Source of the DNA: Eledone cirrhosa | Taxonomy: Eukaryota | Length of the DNA: 64,000 nucleotides | NCBI GenBank assembly: GCA_964016885.1 | Contig: OZ024742.1 | Location: 61,504,001 to 61,568,000 of the forward strand | Direction of reading: 5' to 3' | Shown: positions 1 to 12,651 of the stretch, in pieces | How positions within the stretch are numbered: the stretch's first letter is position 1 | Layout of the letters: every line of letters starts with the position of its first letter | Notes under the pieces: model-generated | Seen by the model: the letters and a program-made list of their open reading frames with translations, nothing else | Told to the model about the DNA's origin: nothing | Databases searched by the model: none | Made by a program: the position numbers and the translations under genes

Positions 1-1420
1 AGTCCGGCATAGCTAGATATAATTCGTAAGGAAGACCATCGATACCCGGGGATTTGCGTTTGCCGCATTGGCTCAGCACGTCCTCTATCTCAGCGGCCGA
101 AATCGGCTCCTCGCAGGACTTCGCCTCCCTGTCCGAGAGGCGCGGCAGGCCGTCGAGGTATGGACCGAAGTCCACGTTCCCAACCGGCTCCCCGCCCCTT
201 CCGAACAGTCGGGCAAAGTGCCTTTGAAAGGCTTCACACATCTGCTTAGGCTCAAGAATCGCCCGTCCATCCAGGTCTCGCAAAGACCGGATGGTGGATT
301 TAGTTCCACTGTTGGCCTCTGTCACGCGGGCCCAGCTAACAGCTTTGGTCCCCTCGTTCCCTAGAGCACGTATTTTACTTCGGACAACGCAGCCTTCGTG
401 CTTCGCGTCGAAAAACTGGCTCAAAGCCGTTCTCGACGCTAGCACTCTGACCACGTCGCCGCTTCTAATAGCCTCTTCTACTCTATCTATTAGCTCCCTT
501 TCCTTCCTATTCCTATCCGCAGCTAGAACCTTACTAAATTCTATCGAGACTACTCTAATCTCTCTCTTTGGAGATACCCACCACCTGCTGTTGACGATCG
601 TTCCAGTCAACCGTTCCTTAACTAACGTACTAATCCGATCCCTGTAGGCTCTACTTGCCGGCAAGGACAAGTTGAGCTTCCAGTAACCGGGGCCCTGTCT
701 ATGCGTTCTATCAAGGTTGACCATGCAGGTCACCAACTTGTGGTCTGAATAGCCAACCATGAGCATTTCTGGACAACTTAAAATGTCCCTGTCCTTATTT
801 CTAACTAAAAATCTATCTAGGTACGACCTAGATGATCCGCTGCGATTTGACCAAGACCAGGTTGGCACCGTCGGAAAATCTAGTCGAAATCTATCGGCCA
901 GGTCAAATCGGCCGAGTAACCCCTTGAGGCTGTTGCACCCCTCTCTATCGGGACATGCCCCTGCATAGTCCCAACGTGCATCCAGGATACCATTCCAATC
1001 CCCCACTAAAAGCAGGGAACGGGACGTCCCTAGAAAAGACTCCAGACGCTGGAAAAAGTCGAGCCGCTCAGTCCCAAAAGGGGCATATGCGGCTACCAGC
1101 CTAAAGGCTCTACCTTCACCACTGCCAAGGTCCAGCACCACCAGTCGACCCCCTGGGTCCAAGTGAACTATCTGTGTTGCAAGGCCCATATGTTTTTGCA
1201 GCAGCACGACAACCCCACCCCCACCTCCGGGCTGACAGAGAGATGCGTGCATCTCAAAGTCGTCAAAGGTGGGGGCTAGCTGTCGCATGCTGCTGATCCG
1301 GGCCTCGCAGATAACCATCACATTTATAGATTGTGACCTGAGGTCATTTAGAAGCATTGCTTGCTTCCAAGACGAGCCCAGGCCATGCGCATTTAGACAC
1401 CCTACTCTTAGCACAGCCAT
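1..1420 (-). CDS. ORF2 N-terminus of copy A (AP endonuclease), partial
   Basis: Manual translation from ATG at 1420 gives MAVLRVGCLNAHGLG...VMVICEARI...FRLVAAYAP. The sequence parallels copy B ORF2. It is absent from the ORF track, probably because no stop lies inside the window. Confidence 0.85.
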   Translation of the reverse strand, partial: MAVLRVGCLNAHGLGSSWKQAMLLNDLRSQSINVMVICEARISSMRQLAPTFDDFEMHASLCQPGGGGGVVVLLQKHMGLATQIVHLDPGGRLVVLDLGSGEGRAFRLVAAYAPFGTERLDFFQRLESFLGTSRSLLLVGDWNGILDARWDYAGACPDREGCNSLKGLLGRFDLADRFRLDFPTVPTWSWSNRSGSSRSYLDRFLVRNKDRDILSCPEMLMVGYSDHKLVTCMVNLDRTHRQGPGYWKLNLSLPASRAYRDRISTLVKERLTGTIVNSRWWVSPKREIRVVSIEFSKVLAADRNRKERELIDRVEEAIRSGDVVRVLASRTALSQFFDAKHEGCVVRSKIRALGNEGTKAVSWARVTEANSGTKSTIRSLRDLDGRAILEPKQMCEAFQRHFARLFGRGGEPVGNVDFGPYLDGLPRLSDREAKSCEEPISAAEIEDVLSQCGKRKSPGIDGLPYELYLAMPD

Positions 1421-1444
1421 GTTGGTGGTAAGGAGAAAAGGCAC

Positions 1445-2383
1445 TTACCTCTCTGCGTCCCGGGAAACGGGCCGCTCAATTTCCATGCTGGTTGGGGATG
1501 GGTTGTTGGGTGGGGTGGTGGTTTGTGGAAGTGAAGGGGCATCGGTGTGTTGTGGGTTGGGGTGTTTGTGGTTGAGTGGGTGTATGGGTGTGAGGGGGGC
1601 GGGGGGGGGGTTAGGAGGACGCGGTTGATTGGTTTGGCGCAGGGGGGGGGGGGGGGCCACGTCCTCCGTGAAATTTATTTTCAGTGTTTTGTACAAGTGC
1701 ATTGGGACTTTTATCATTTTTAAATGAGGTAGTCCCACAGCAGTTTTAAAGTTAGGCCCTTCGGTTTGGACCGAAGGGTTTGCTGAAATTGTTTTCCGTA
1801 ATTCTTTGTTGTCTGTGTTCATGTATGTATATTGTAAGGTCTTTTTTTGTGTAGCAGATAGTGTTGTGTGACAGGGAGGGGCGGTTTGTGTGTAGTTTGT
1901 GTTCTCTTTGGGGGGGGGGTTAAAGTTAACATCATGTGTGTCTGTGGTGCGTCTCCTCTTCTTTCTTTTTACTTGTTGGAAGGGATCTTTTTCGTCTTGC
2001 GACGAAAGGGGTTCGTCTTCCTTGTTGGGTGGGAGGGGTATGTTTTCTGGTAGTGTTTGCGGTGTGTGTGTTTTTGTATTTGTTTTGGGTGGGGAGGGAT
2101 TGGGTGGGATGGTATTCTGTGTTCTTTTTTCACGTGTTTGTTGTTGTTGTGGTGGTGGTGGTGGTGGTGGGGGGTTGTTGGTTTTTGTTGTTGTTGTTGT
2201 TGTGGTTGTTTTTGTTGTTGTTGTTGGGGTGGTGTTGGTGTTGGTAGCAGTGTTTTTTCTGTGTGAGCTGGGGACAGGCAGCCCTCAGGTGACCTCTATT
2301 GTCACAGAGGTAACAGGAGGGACGCCTACCCTCCACAATAATGTTGAGGTGGGTACGGTCATCCAGCATGACGCGCTCAGGGA
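1445..2383 (-). pseudogene. ORF1 C-terminal part of copy A (zinc knuckle plus low-complexity tail), broken
   Basis: ORF pieces 2130-2453 and 1445-1822 match copy B ORF1 pieces (VEGRRPSCY; SVQTEGPNF vs SVKTEGTTF). Confidence 0.8.
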
Positions 2384-2638
2384 TTAGATAGATAGATAGA
2401 TAGATATGTTTCTTTATTAGCCATAGGGGCACAAAAGAAGGGGACAAATACAAAGGGGGAAGTTTACATACAATAAAAACGTGTAAAATATTATCACAAA
2501 TGCAATTTAAAAATTAGTCGATTTTCCCCAATAGGGGGAGACAGTTCATATGGGTAACACATACCCCATAAAAAATGTGCAACCCTCATCTCCAGGAGTA
2601 CGAAGAGTTTGTACTCCTTTCCTCTCCTTTTCCTCAAC

Positions 2639-5600
2639 CTACAGGCTTATATAGAGAGAAGGCCCATTCACTCGGGCCATTCTCGCCACTTTCACCCACC
2701 TTCCATAAAACTTGCTGGGGTACAGCACCTCTCTCTCCATCCTGATTCTTCTTCCAAAGTGGTATTTGAAAAAAGAATCAGTTGTTTGCCGGAGAGAAAG
2801 GTGTCTGACCTCAGCCCTTTCAACCTTGTCCACCATACAACCTCTTTCGCCATAGCTATCACACAAAGGAAAACCGCCTCTCCTTCGTTTTTGAAGGAGG
2901 GTGGCGGTTTGATCATGACAATGGACTCGGTGGTCAACCGGATTGGTCCCACCCGCGACAATAGTCGTTCTACATAGCCCCACAGGTCGGTGACGCCCGG
3001 GCAGTGTATGAATGCGTGCGCGACGGTTTCTTCGTCTCGCACGCACATCTGACAGATATTTTTTGCAGGGTCCCTGCCCGGGCGCCCATGTCTGTAGAGC
3101 TTGTCTCGAACTAGTAGAGCTCCTCGGTAGCACTGCCAGGCCAGGGACTTTTGGAAGTTGTCCATCGGTCCCGGGCGGAAGGTCCTACCGAACAGATTGG
3201 CCAGTTCGTCTTCCTCTACGCCCAGAGTTTCACCGAGGACGTCGTCGCACTTGCTGCGGATCAACCCTCTATAGAATGACGAAGTGGAGTCTCCACTGAT
3301 CGCCGGGTCCGCCTGCCAGAGGGCTGTGAGCGCCTGAGCACATTCGATGTGCCAGTCGCCCATTTTTCTCGGTCTTTGCTTGACCCAGGAATGCAGCTCG
3401 GTCAGCGAGACGAGTCGTGGGAAGGCTCGCCTCACGAACGGGGCCCACACCGGTTGTCCGGTGAGGAATACGTAGAGATACTGAAGCCTGAGCGCGTGTT
3501 TGCGCATCATCAGCCACGGCATCCCCAGCACCGTTGGAAGGGCGTTGGCAGCAGATTCTCACCATAGGAGCCCGCCTCTTCCAAAGGAATTGGAAGAGCG
3601 CGCGCTCCATGTTGGCGAGCGTTTTGGCTGGACAAGGCACGACGGTCAAGCTGTAGTAGTTGACGGACGCTATAAAAGTGTTCACCACCTCCGCTCGACC
3701 TTTCAAGGATAGTTTGCACTCGGCCCACTTCTGGGTGAGTGCAAACACCTTGGCCGACACCTCGTTCCAGTTCTTCTCCACCTGGAGGTCCGGACCAAAC
3801 CAGACCCCGAGCAGCTTTACTAGTCCTTCTGTCCAGCGTCCGACGACGCCATCGGAAGGCATCGGTCTGCCTCTCCACGATCCGAGTTGCAAACCGATGG
3901 ACTTGTCCTGGTTCAGCTTCGCTCCTGTGAACCTTTCGTATTCCTTCAGTAAGGTGCTGACTTCCTCGATTTGCGAGGCGCTCGACACCATTACTGTCAC
4001 GTCGTCGGCGTAGGCCGACGCCGCTTTCCGCAGTTCCGGTTCCAGAGGGATGCCCTGCAATAGCTCCAACTTCCGCAGTAGTGGCCCGAGAGTCAATACG
4101 TACAGAATGGAGGAGAGAGGGCATCCCTGTCGAATGGATCGCGTGATATGGAACGGCTCCGAGAGATAGCAGTTCACCTTAACCCTTGAGCAGATGTTGT
4201 TGTTATGCATTGCAGCAATCCAGCCCCTGAACACGGGTCCGAAGCCTGTCGCCTCGAGCACCGCATCCAAGTAACGAAGGTCAACCCTATCGAAAGCCTT
4301 AGACCGATCCAAGTTGATCAGGGCCCCACTGAAGCCGGGTTTACTACCCACCCTCTCTATGATGTATCGCATGAGGTGGAGGTTGTCGTGTATGGACCTG
4401 GTCGGGATTGCGCATGTCTGCGCTTCTCCCACCAGGTTCCCGACGACAAGCGCCAGCCTCTTTGCCAACACCTTGGCCAAAATCTGTAACTCTGTGTTTA
4501 GCAGAGTTATGGGCCGGAAGTTTCCTATGTCATCCCCCTTATTCTCGTCCTTCCTGACTAATGTGACTACGCCCCCGGTCACAGAACTGGGAATTCTCCC
4601 GTTCTGTTGCCAGTTGCAGTAGACCGCTTCCAGGAGACCGGAGAATAAGTCCGGCATTGCTACATAAAATTCGTAGGGTAGACTGTCGAGACCTGGAGAT
4701 TTGCGTTTGCTGCATTGGCTCAACGCGTCCCCTATCTCAGCGGCTGAAATCGGCTTTCCGCAGAACTTTGCCTCGCTGTCCGAGAGTCGCGGTAGGCCGT
4801 CGAGGTATGGACCGAAATCCATAGCCCCTCCCAGCCCGCCGCCCTGCCCGAACAGCTGAGCAAAGTGCCGCTGAAAGGCCGCACACATCTGCTTCGGCTC
4901 ACGTATCACGCCTCCGTTTTGGTCCTTCAAAGACCTAATCGTGGACTTGTTGCCACTTTTTGCCTCCGTCACCCGGTCCCAGCTAACAGCTTTGGCTCCC
5001 TCGTTTCCCAGAGCACGTATTTTGCTTCTGACAACGCAGCCCTCATGCTTTGCGTCAAAGAACTGGTCCAAGGCCGTTCTCGTTGCTAGCACGCTGGCTA
5101 CGTTGCCACTTCTAATTGCCTCTTCTACTTTATCTACCAGTTCTTTCTCGGTTCTATTTCTATCTAACGCTAATACTTTACTAAAAACTAACGAGTCTAA
5201 TCTAACTGCCCTCTTGAGAGAGTACCACCATCTGTTGTTGACAATGGCCCCTGTCAAGTGTTGTTTAACTAAAGTGCTAATCCGTCTACTGTAGGCTTTG
5301 CATGCCGGTAACGACAAGTTCAGCTTCCAGTAGCCAGGTCCTTGTCTATGGGTTCTATCAAGGTTGACCATGCAAGTCACTAGTTTGTGATCTGAATAGG
5401 CAACCATGAACATTTGTGGACAGCTTAACATGTCCCTATCCTTATTTCTAACTAGAACCCTATCGAAGTACGATCTAGATGTTCCGCTACGATTACTCCA
5501 CGTCCACAGTGGCACAGTCGGAAAATCTAGTCGATATCTATCGGCCAGGTCAAATCGGCCGATTAACTGTTTGAGGATGTTACACCCCCCCCCTTTATCG

Positions 5601-6068
5601 GGACATGCTCCCACATAGTCCCAACGTGCATCTAGCAATCCATTCCAGTCCCCCACTAAAAGCAAGGAGCGGGACGTTCCCAGAAAAGTCTCTAGACGTT
5701 TGAAGAAGTCTGGCCGCGGTGTCCCGGATGGGGCATATGCGGCCACCAGCCTGAAGGCTCCACCTTCACTACCGTCAACGTCTAGGACCACCAGTGTACC
5801 CTCCGGGTCCAGATGTACCGTCTGTGTTACGAGGCGCAGGGGTTTCCGCAGCAAAACGGCAACCCCGCCCCACCCCCCGGCTGACAGAAAGATGCGTAGA
5901 TCTCAAAGTCATCGAAGATGGGAGACAGCTGTCGCTCACTGTGGATCCTGGACTCGCAAATGGCTACTACATCCATACTGTGCGACCTGAGGTCGTTTAA
6001 GAGTTTGTCCTGTTTCCAGGGCACCCCAGGCCGCGTATATTCACACACCCAACTCTTATATTGGCCAT
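2639..6068 (-). pseudogene. ORF2 of copy B: AP endonuclease, reverse transcriptase and C-terminal CCHC, with several frameshifts
   Basis: Motifs VGDWN, SDHKLV, KSPGLD, FRPITLLN, KAFDRV, QGCPLS, YADD and CQMC...ETVAHAFIHC are spread over ORFs 5827-6105, 3269-5854, 2692-3531 and 2639-3133. Confidence 0.93.
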
Positions 6069-6105
6069 GTTGGTTCTGAAAAGTTAAAAGAGGAGAAGAA
6101 AACAC

Positions 6106-7653
6106 TCACCTCTTCGTCTCCCGGGGATCAGGCCGCACAGTTTCCATGCGGGTGTTAGAGGAGTTGTCTGGGTGGGTGGTGGTTTCCGGCGGGGTGGGGA
6201 CGGAGATGTTTGGTGGGGTGTGGGTGTCTGGGTGGGGGTGGGGAAACTTTTTAAAAGGACGCGGTTAATGGGTTTAACACAAGGATTACCCACGTCCTTA
6301 GGAAAGTTTTCCTTTAAAGACTTATAGGTGTCCGTAGTGACCCTAATCATCTTTAAATTAGGTTTGTCTACACAGTTCGAAAAAGTTGTCCCTTCGGTTT
6401 TCACCGAAGGGTCGTTGGAGATGACCTCCATTAAAGTTTTGTTTTTACTGTTTATGTATATGTAATGTTCTTGTTGTGATGCGGTAGTTTTTGCCTGTTG
6501 TTCTTGTGGGAGCTTTCGTTTTATTGTAGGTGTTTGTGTTTGGAGTGATGTCGTGGTTTTGTTTTCGGGACGAGGGATTTTTGTTTGTAATGTTTGTGTT
6601 GTTTGTGTTGGTGGTTGTATGTTTGTAGTGATGTTTGTTGTTTTTTTGTTCTTGTTTTGGTTGTGTTTGCGTGTTGTGGTGGTGGTGGTGGTGGTGGTGG
6701 TGGTGGTGGTGGTGGTGGTGTTGTTGTTTTGGATGTTGGCAGTAGTGCCTCTTTTTTTTTAGTTAACTGAGGACAGTAAGCCTTCAGGTGACCACTGCTT
6801 AAACAGTGGTAACATGAAGGCCGCCTACCCTCAACAGAAATGTTTATGTGTGAAATTCCATCCAGAGGCACACGTTGGGGTATTTTAGCTATCCGTTCTG
6901 GCCTCATTTGGACCAGAACTTCCATGCTTGTACCATTGCATGTGCCTCTGGAGGACTTTCCCACCGAAATGATGGTGTCTTCGTCGAAATCGATGAAGCC
7001 AGTTAGAATCCACCAGACGTTTACATTTGGTGCAATGTTCAAAATATTTATTTTTTTAGTTCTTGTTCCCATATATGTGGGGAAAAAGGTGTAAAGGGGG
7101 GACACAATCGGCGATACAGAATATTTTTGTGCTGTCAATTGGTCTTTCAACAACACCGAAATGCTTCCAAAAAGTTTCCCTTTTTGGATGAAGGCAATAT
7201 CCTTCATGGAATTCTTCAGAACCAGTTCAATATCGTTTTGGGATAACTATACTGGTTTTTTCGACACATTTGAAACCGTCCTAATATTAGTGTTTTTAGA
7301 ACAGTTTCTCTGAAAGCACCACTCTCACCAAAAGTTACGTACTGTTTTGCATCGCTTAACATTTCCCTAGCATTGAACATGTCAAGGTATGTGAACAGTT
7401 CCGTCTTTTGGACGGTTTGAGCAAAAGAAATATTTTCCTTGTTCGTGGAGTTGTTCGTGTTGTTGTTGTTGGTGGTGTTGTTGTTATCATTGTTGTTGTT
7501 GTTGGTGGTGATGGTGTTGTTATCATTGTTGCTGTTGTTGTTCTTGTTGTCATTATTGGTGTTGTTTATATTTTGCATATTATTGGTGTTGTTTATATTT
7601 TGCATGTTATTGGTGTTTGTGTTAGTGTTGATGCTACAATCAACGTCCGACAT
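6106..7653 (-). pseudogene. ORF1 of copy B (gag-like, CCHC knuckle, Asn- and Pro-rich repeats), frameshifted
   Basis: Contains CYHCLSSGHLKAYC. ATG at 7653. Ends RMETVRPDPRETKR-TGA, homologous to copy A SMEIERPVSRDAER-TAA. Confidence 0.8.
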
Positions 7654-7779
7654 CGTGTTTTCAAAACTGACGACATTTTCGATGTCTTTCAATGAGGTGG
7701 TGATAGATAGATAGATAGGGTCTTTCAACTTCAATACAAACTCAATAAATAAATAACTACCCAGATATTTTTCACACAG

Positions 7780-8050
7780 CTACTTAGAATTATTTAGCTT
7801 GGTATTTCATGTGCGTTCTTCATCCCGAACTTATGTTCAAGAGATTTAGAAATTGTTTCTGCTTTAAAGCAAATATTGGCATATCTTGTGAAAGTTTTTT
7901 TTAAATGGTATTCCCGTTTTTGGCAGCGTCTTTGATATTTTGGCTTAATACTGTGTACGTCAACGTTAAAATGCCTCTATCAATTCCAATCATGTGCCTA
8001 TTGTATACTGATCCAATTGTCAGAACATATAAATGCTTTTGAAAATAAGT
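7780..8050 (-). pseudogene. Possible highly decayed piggyBac-like transposase remnant
   Basis: The minus strand reads YNRHMIGIDR near 7975-8007, resembling the piggyBac YNxxMGGVD motif. There is no other support. Confidence 0.25.
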
Positions 8051-8129
8051 CATTCAAAGCTCAAAGCAACTGAAACATTGGGATAAATTACTTCAAATGA
8101 TTTGTCATAACATTTTTATTCGTAAGAAC

Positions 8130-8152
8130 TATATATATATATATATTATATA

Positions 8153-8198
<46 letters not shown>

Positions 8199-8206
8199 GT
8201 ATATAT

Positions 8207-8256
<50 letters not shown>

Positions 8257-8318
8257 GTATATATATATATATATATTATATATATATGTATATATATCAT
8301 ATATATATATATTATATA

Positions 8319-8355
<37 letters not shown>

Positions 8356-8410
8356 TATATATGTATATATATCATATATATATATATATCATTTATATAT
8401 ATGTATATAT

Positions 8411-8490
<80 letters not shown>

Positions 8491-8501
8491 GTATATATAT
8501 C

Positions 8502-8534
<33 letters not shown>

Positions 8535-8545
8535 GTATATATATC

Positions 8546-8578
<33 letters not shown>

Positions 8579-8609
8579 GTATATATATCATATATATATA
8601 TGTATATAT

Positions 8610-8700
<91 letters not shown>

Positions 8701-8705
8701 CATAT
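8130..8705. repeat. Interrupted (TA)n array with higher-order structure
   Basis: Direct reading. Confidence 0.97.
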
Positions 8706-8775
8706 TGTTGAGATCTGCCCACTATTTAGAAGAGAAATTTTGTTGAAAATGAAATTACATATTCTTGTGTTCTTG

Positions 8776-8810
8776 TTACTACTACTGCTGCTGCTACTAC
8801 TACTTCTACT

Positions 8811-8855
<45 letters not shown>
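8776..8855. repeat. (CTA/CTG)n and (AAT)n trinucleotide repeats
   Basis: Direct reading. Confidence 0.95.
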
Positions 8856-9231
8856 CTTTCTGCAAATACGGAAAAATATGTTTGGCAACGAGAACAGAAC
8901 AGAACTTTATGAAATATACAATAATATATAACATTACAATGAATTAGGATGGTTGATAGAAAAATATGTCAATGTTTTCATATATCGTAGTGAAATAGTT
9001 AGAGTGTATACATAAATATATATACATGGATTTACATAGAGAAGTTTGTAATCACGACTCCGTGTCACCAGAATGTCAACTCCTTTTTAATTAAATCAAA
9101 TGAAAGGCATATGTAAGCACAAATAAAATGTCTTTAAATTTCTTCATCTTATTTGTCAACTAGAAATAAGCGTGTGACTTATCGTGATTGTGCATATAAT
9201 ACATATATAGCATATACATCTCTCTATATTT

Positions 9232-9393
<162 letters not shown>

Positions 9394-9394
9394 A

Positions 9395-9585
9395 TAGGAT
9401 AGAACCAGTTTAAAACTAGTTAAACTATTACTCAACAGAGTACTCGATACTTAGGGTAGTGGAATATGGCTATATAATAAAGAGTCGTGACCCGACGGTT
9501 TAGCCCACCGTTACATCACCTAGGTCCAGTCCGGATTAGCTGTTGTAATGGCAAGAGCTCAGCTGTCGGGTCCCGTCTCTTTATA
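9395..9585. mobile_element. Small PLE terminal fragment with fold-back, related to 34369-34475 and 36614-36815
   Basis: Shares GAGTACTCGATACTTAGGGTA and GAGCTCAGCTGTCGGG with those loci. Inverted arms at about 9478-9506 and 9557-9582. Confidence 0.6.
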
Positions 9586-10506
9586 ATATATATGTACATA
9601 TAAGGGTGTATATTAAAGATTATAGTATAGGTGTATATACAATATACATATGAGAGCCGCACTATCAAAGAGAATAATTTTCTCTCTAAGAAAAAATTAT
9701 TTTTTACGAATATCTGAGTTCCTGTTGAGATAATGCTGCAACTAATTAATTATAACCAGCCAAGTTCGCACTATATGCAAATGAACATTTCTAGTCAATG
9801 CTTTATATTTGCTATATGTAAATGAGCATCCCCAGCTAATGTTTATCACGCAAAATCTATATATGTCCTATTCTAATGTTATCTCCGTACTGGTTGAGTG
9901 AATGTCATTGATGGGAGAATAACACTTCTTGAAACCGCTGTCTGTGAAGGCAGAAGCCATGGAAGGTGGATTGGTTTAATTATTGTGCCATCAGATAAGA
10001 TCAATTATGTTTTTGTCGGGTATTTGTGTACTGATTTCAAAGCACGCTGTAGGTGGTTGATTTTCTCCATTCTCCGTGTGTTGACTTAACACTACCACTT
10101 ATCCTGTGCGTGCCTTTAATTTCAAGCTTTCTACCTAGATCTACTCTCGATCTCTTTAATAAACTATGAGAAAAGATATTTAAGCAATACATAGACACAG
10201 AAACACTAATACATTTACTTGACAGCATTTAACTTGCACTCAGAAAAGAATAAACATGTTTATTAGCAACAAAAATATCAGGGTAAAACATGCATCCGTA
10301 TATCATACGTTTTGAACATGGTGAAAAAAAGATTTATTCTCTTTAGTATGTTAAAGAAGCATTGCATTCATAATGTATTAAAAGGCATAGCCTTAAAAAT
10401 GTAAACAACATTGAAATTATAATGTAAACAACGATTATCCGACTAGCAATTTTATAATTTTCTGTATATATTTACATATATGTATACACATTATCATCAT
10501 TGAGAC

Positions 10507-10674
10507 GGTGGATTGGCAGTATCGGTAGAGGGTCAGACGCCAGGCTTTGACGCATAGAGTTACGGCCCTTGCCATTCTGAGTTCAAATCCCGCCGAGGTT
10601 AACTTTGTCTTTCATCCTTACGGGGTCGATAAAATAAAGTACCAGTAATTCACTTGTGCCAAAAAGTAGAAACA
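10507..10674 (+). mobile_element. tRNA-derived SINE with 17-bp TSD
   Basis: A-box-like TGGCAGTATCGG and B-box GAGTTCAAATCCC. The central TTTCATCCTTACGGGGTCGATAAAATAAAGTACCAG resembles the Meta-SINE domain (from memory). TSD ATTATCATCATTGAGAC at 10490-10506 and 10675-10691. Confidence 0.9.
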
Positions 10675-10759
10675 ATTATCATCATTGAGACCTGAGTTGA
10701 ACATTTCTGACAAAGTCTCTCCATAATTCGCGATTTTCCATTGTTCCCTGTGACTGTTC

Positions 10760-11690
10760 ACTACTGAGGTTCGTATCGCCTGGGAGTTGATCGAGGAAGG
10801 TGCATTTCCCGGGAGTTGGTTCCTACAATAGTAACTTGTGTATAATTTCCTGTTTACTTCTCCAGCAATGTCCTGCAAACCGTAACCGTTTCTGAGCCAT
10901 TGTAGTTGTTATCGTGGACAAGTTGCCGTAAAATCCTTCATTTGTAATGCATATAAGCCAGTTAATAATTTTTTTGTACAACTCTAAGCGTTTTAGTGTG
11001 TGCACCATCTACATTCTTCTAAAGTGCTTGTGTCAAGGTCCATATATCCGATCCATACAACAACTCTAACTCAACAGATGTTCTAAAGAATGATATTTTG
11101 ATTTTGCTGAGTAGATCTGACTTCCATATCCTTTCCATGTAAACCAGACTTTGGATATTCTAATGTCAATGTCCTTTTTTGTTGATCTCATCCAACTGTT
11201 CAAATATAGAAATTAATCGACTCTATTTAGTATTCCACCAATTTTCCTGGTAACATTTATGTGTAGACCAATTTTCCTGGTAGAGAATTCAACTTTATGA
11301 AGAACTTCTTGAGCTTAATCAATAGTATTTGATGGAAGAGCTATATCACCAGCAAAATCTCTATCACATAAAAGAGTTGGTGGGTTTCGCTTACTTCTCC
11401 TTTGTGTCGGTGTAAATCAGATATGTTATTCATTAACAATAGGTTCCCTCATGGCATAGACCAGAGCGATTATGAAAAGATATTGTGCCAATGTGTCACC
11501 CTGAAGGACATCCACTGGGATTTAAAAACAAAAACAGTATCACCATCACGGCAGAGAACTTCAGTTTCTGGGTTTATGAAGTGTATATATATAGCAGAAA
11601 CTATGGCATCTGGTGTGCCATATGCAACTAGGATTGCCATACGCTTCCTCCTATGGATGGAGCCAAAAGCCGTTTTGAAGCCACTATCAG
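10760..11690 (-). pseudogene. Decayed RTE-clade LINE reverse transcriptase remnant
   Basis: Fragments AFGSIHRRK, (G)VLQGDTLAQYLF and RLRFAGHCWR are readable across stops and frameshifts. Confidence 0.7.
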
Positions 11691-11788
11691 GGTCCATTAT
11701 CCGACGCTTTCTAATAGACCAGCAATATATGTGTAATATACCGAAAATATATGTTCAATTTACTGTCTTTCTTTCTTTCCTAGCTTCA

Positions 11789-11829
<41 letters not shown>

Positions 11830-12464
11830 CTAGAAATGATACAAAGACAGTATATTGAACATATATTTTCAGCATATTACAATTCTGTTACAAAACAATT
11901 ACTACCCATTGTTTGCATTTCGTTATTTTTTGTTGTTCAGTTATGTTCGGGTAAAAGAATACTTGAATCCTAAGTTATTTATAATAGCTGTAAGAATCTC
12001 ATAAAACAATTTTTTGGCAACGTTTATGCTATTCTACGTTTTCGTTTTGGTCGCGTTTTTTTTTCCTACTTATTTCTTCTCTTATTCTTTTCATATACTT
12101 TTTTCCATGTTGCCGTATTATTATAACAAAACATTGGAATATCATAGCAGAATCTTTCGCTCTATGAAGTAACTGCCTGGCTGGTTGCATAATCCACAAT
12201 ACTAAACTCTGTATATTTCTTACCATTTGTTTACAAAAGTTGCTTCTTTATTTGTATGTTTGCTTGTTTTCTTTTCTTTTTATATAACGATGTCTATTTC
12301 GTGGTCGATACTCGGACTAACGGAACAATACAATACCACCACCACTAACAACAACCACAAATCATTAATAAATAATAAATTATATAATTAAATATATCTG
12401 CACTGCAACAGCAAATTAATGAAACAAACAACCCCAAAAAAGAAATCATTAAACATGTATGTAT

Positions 12465-12538
<74 letters not shown>

Positions 12539-12587
12539 ATGTGTGTAAATATATATATGTATATATATATATAACACACACCACACA

Positions 12588-12651
<64 letters not shown>

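Larger units (their letters stand above)
1..2383 (-). mobile_element. Tx1/L1-clade non-LTR retrotransposon copy A; 5'-truncated in ORF1, runs off the window start
   Basis: Colinear with copy B. Contains an ORF1 CCHC knuckle (CYLCDNRGHLRAAC) and the ORF2 APE domain. The 5' junction abuts (GATA)5 at 2384-2406. Confidence 0.92.
2407..7701 (-). mobile_element. Tx1/L1-clade LINE copy B, apparently full length (about 5.3 kb), frameshifted
   Basis: Short 5' UTR, ORF1, ORF2 (APE-RT-CCHC) and a 3' UTR ending in AATAAA. (GATA)n lies at both junctions (2384-2406 and 7702-7718). Confidence 0.93.

Noticed and set aside
291-5618. Plus-strand ORFs repeated between Tx1 copies
   Set aside because: They are antisense shadows of the conserved ORF2.
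10507-10600. tRNA gene
   Set aside because: The A and B boxes belong to a dispersed SINE with TSDs, and I could not build a cloverleaf.
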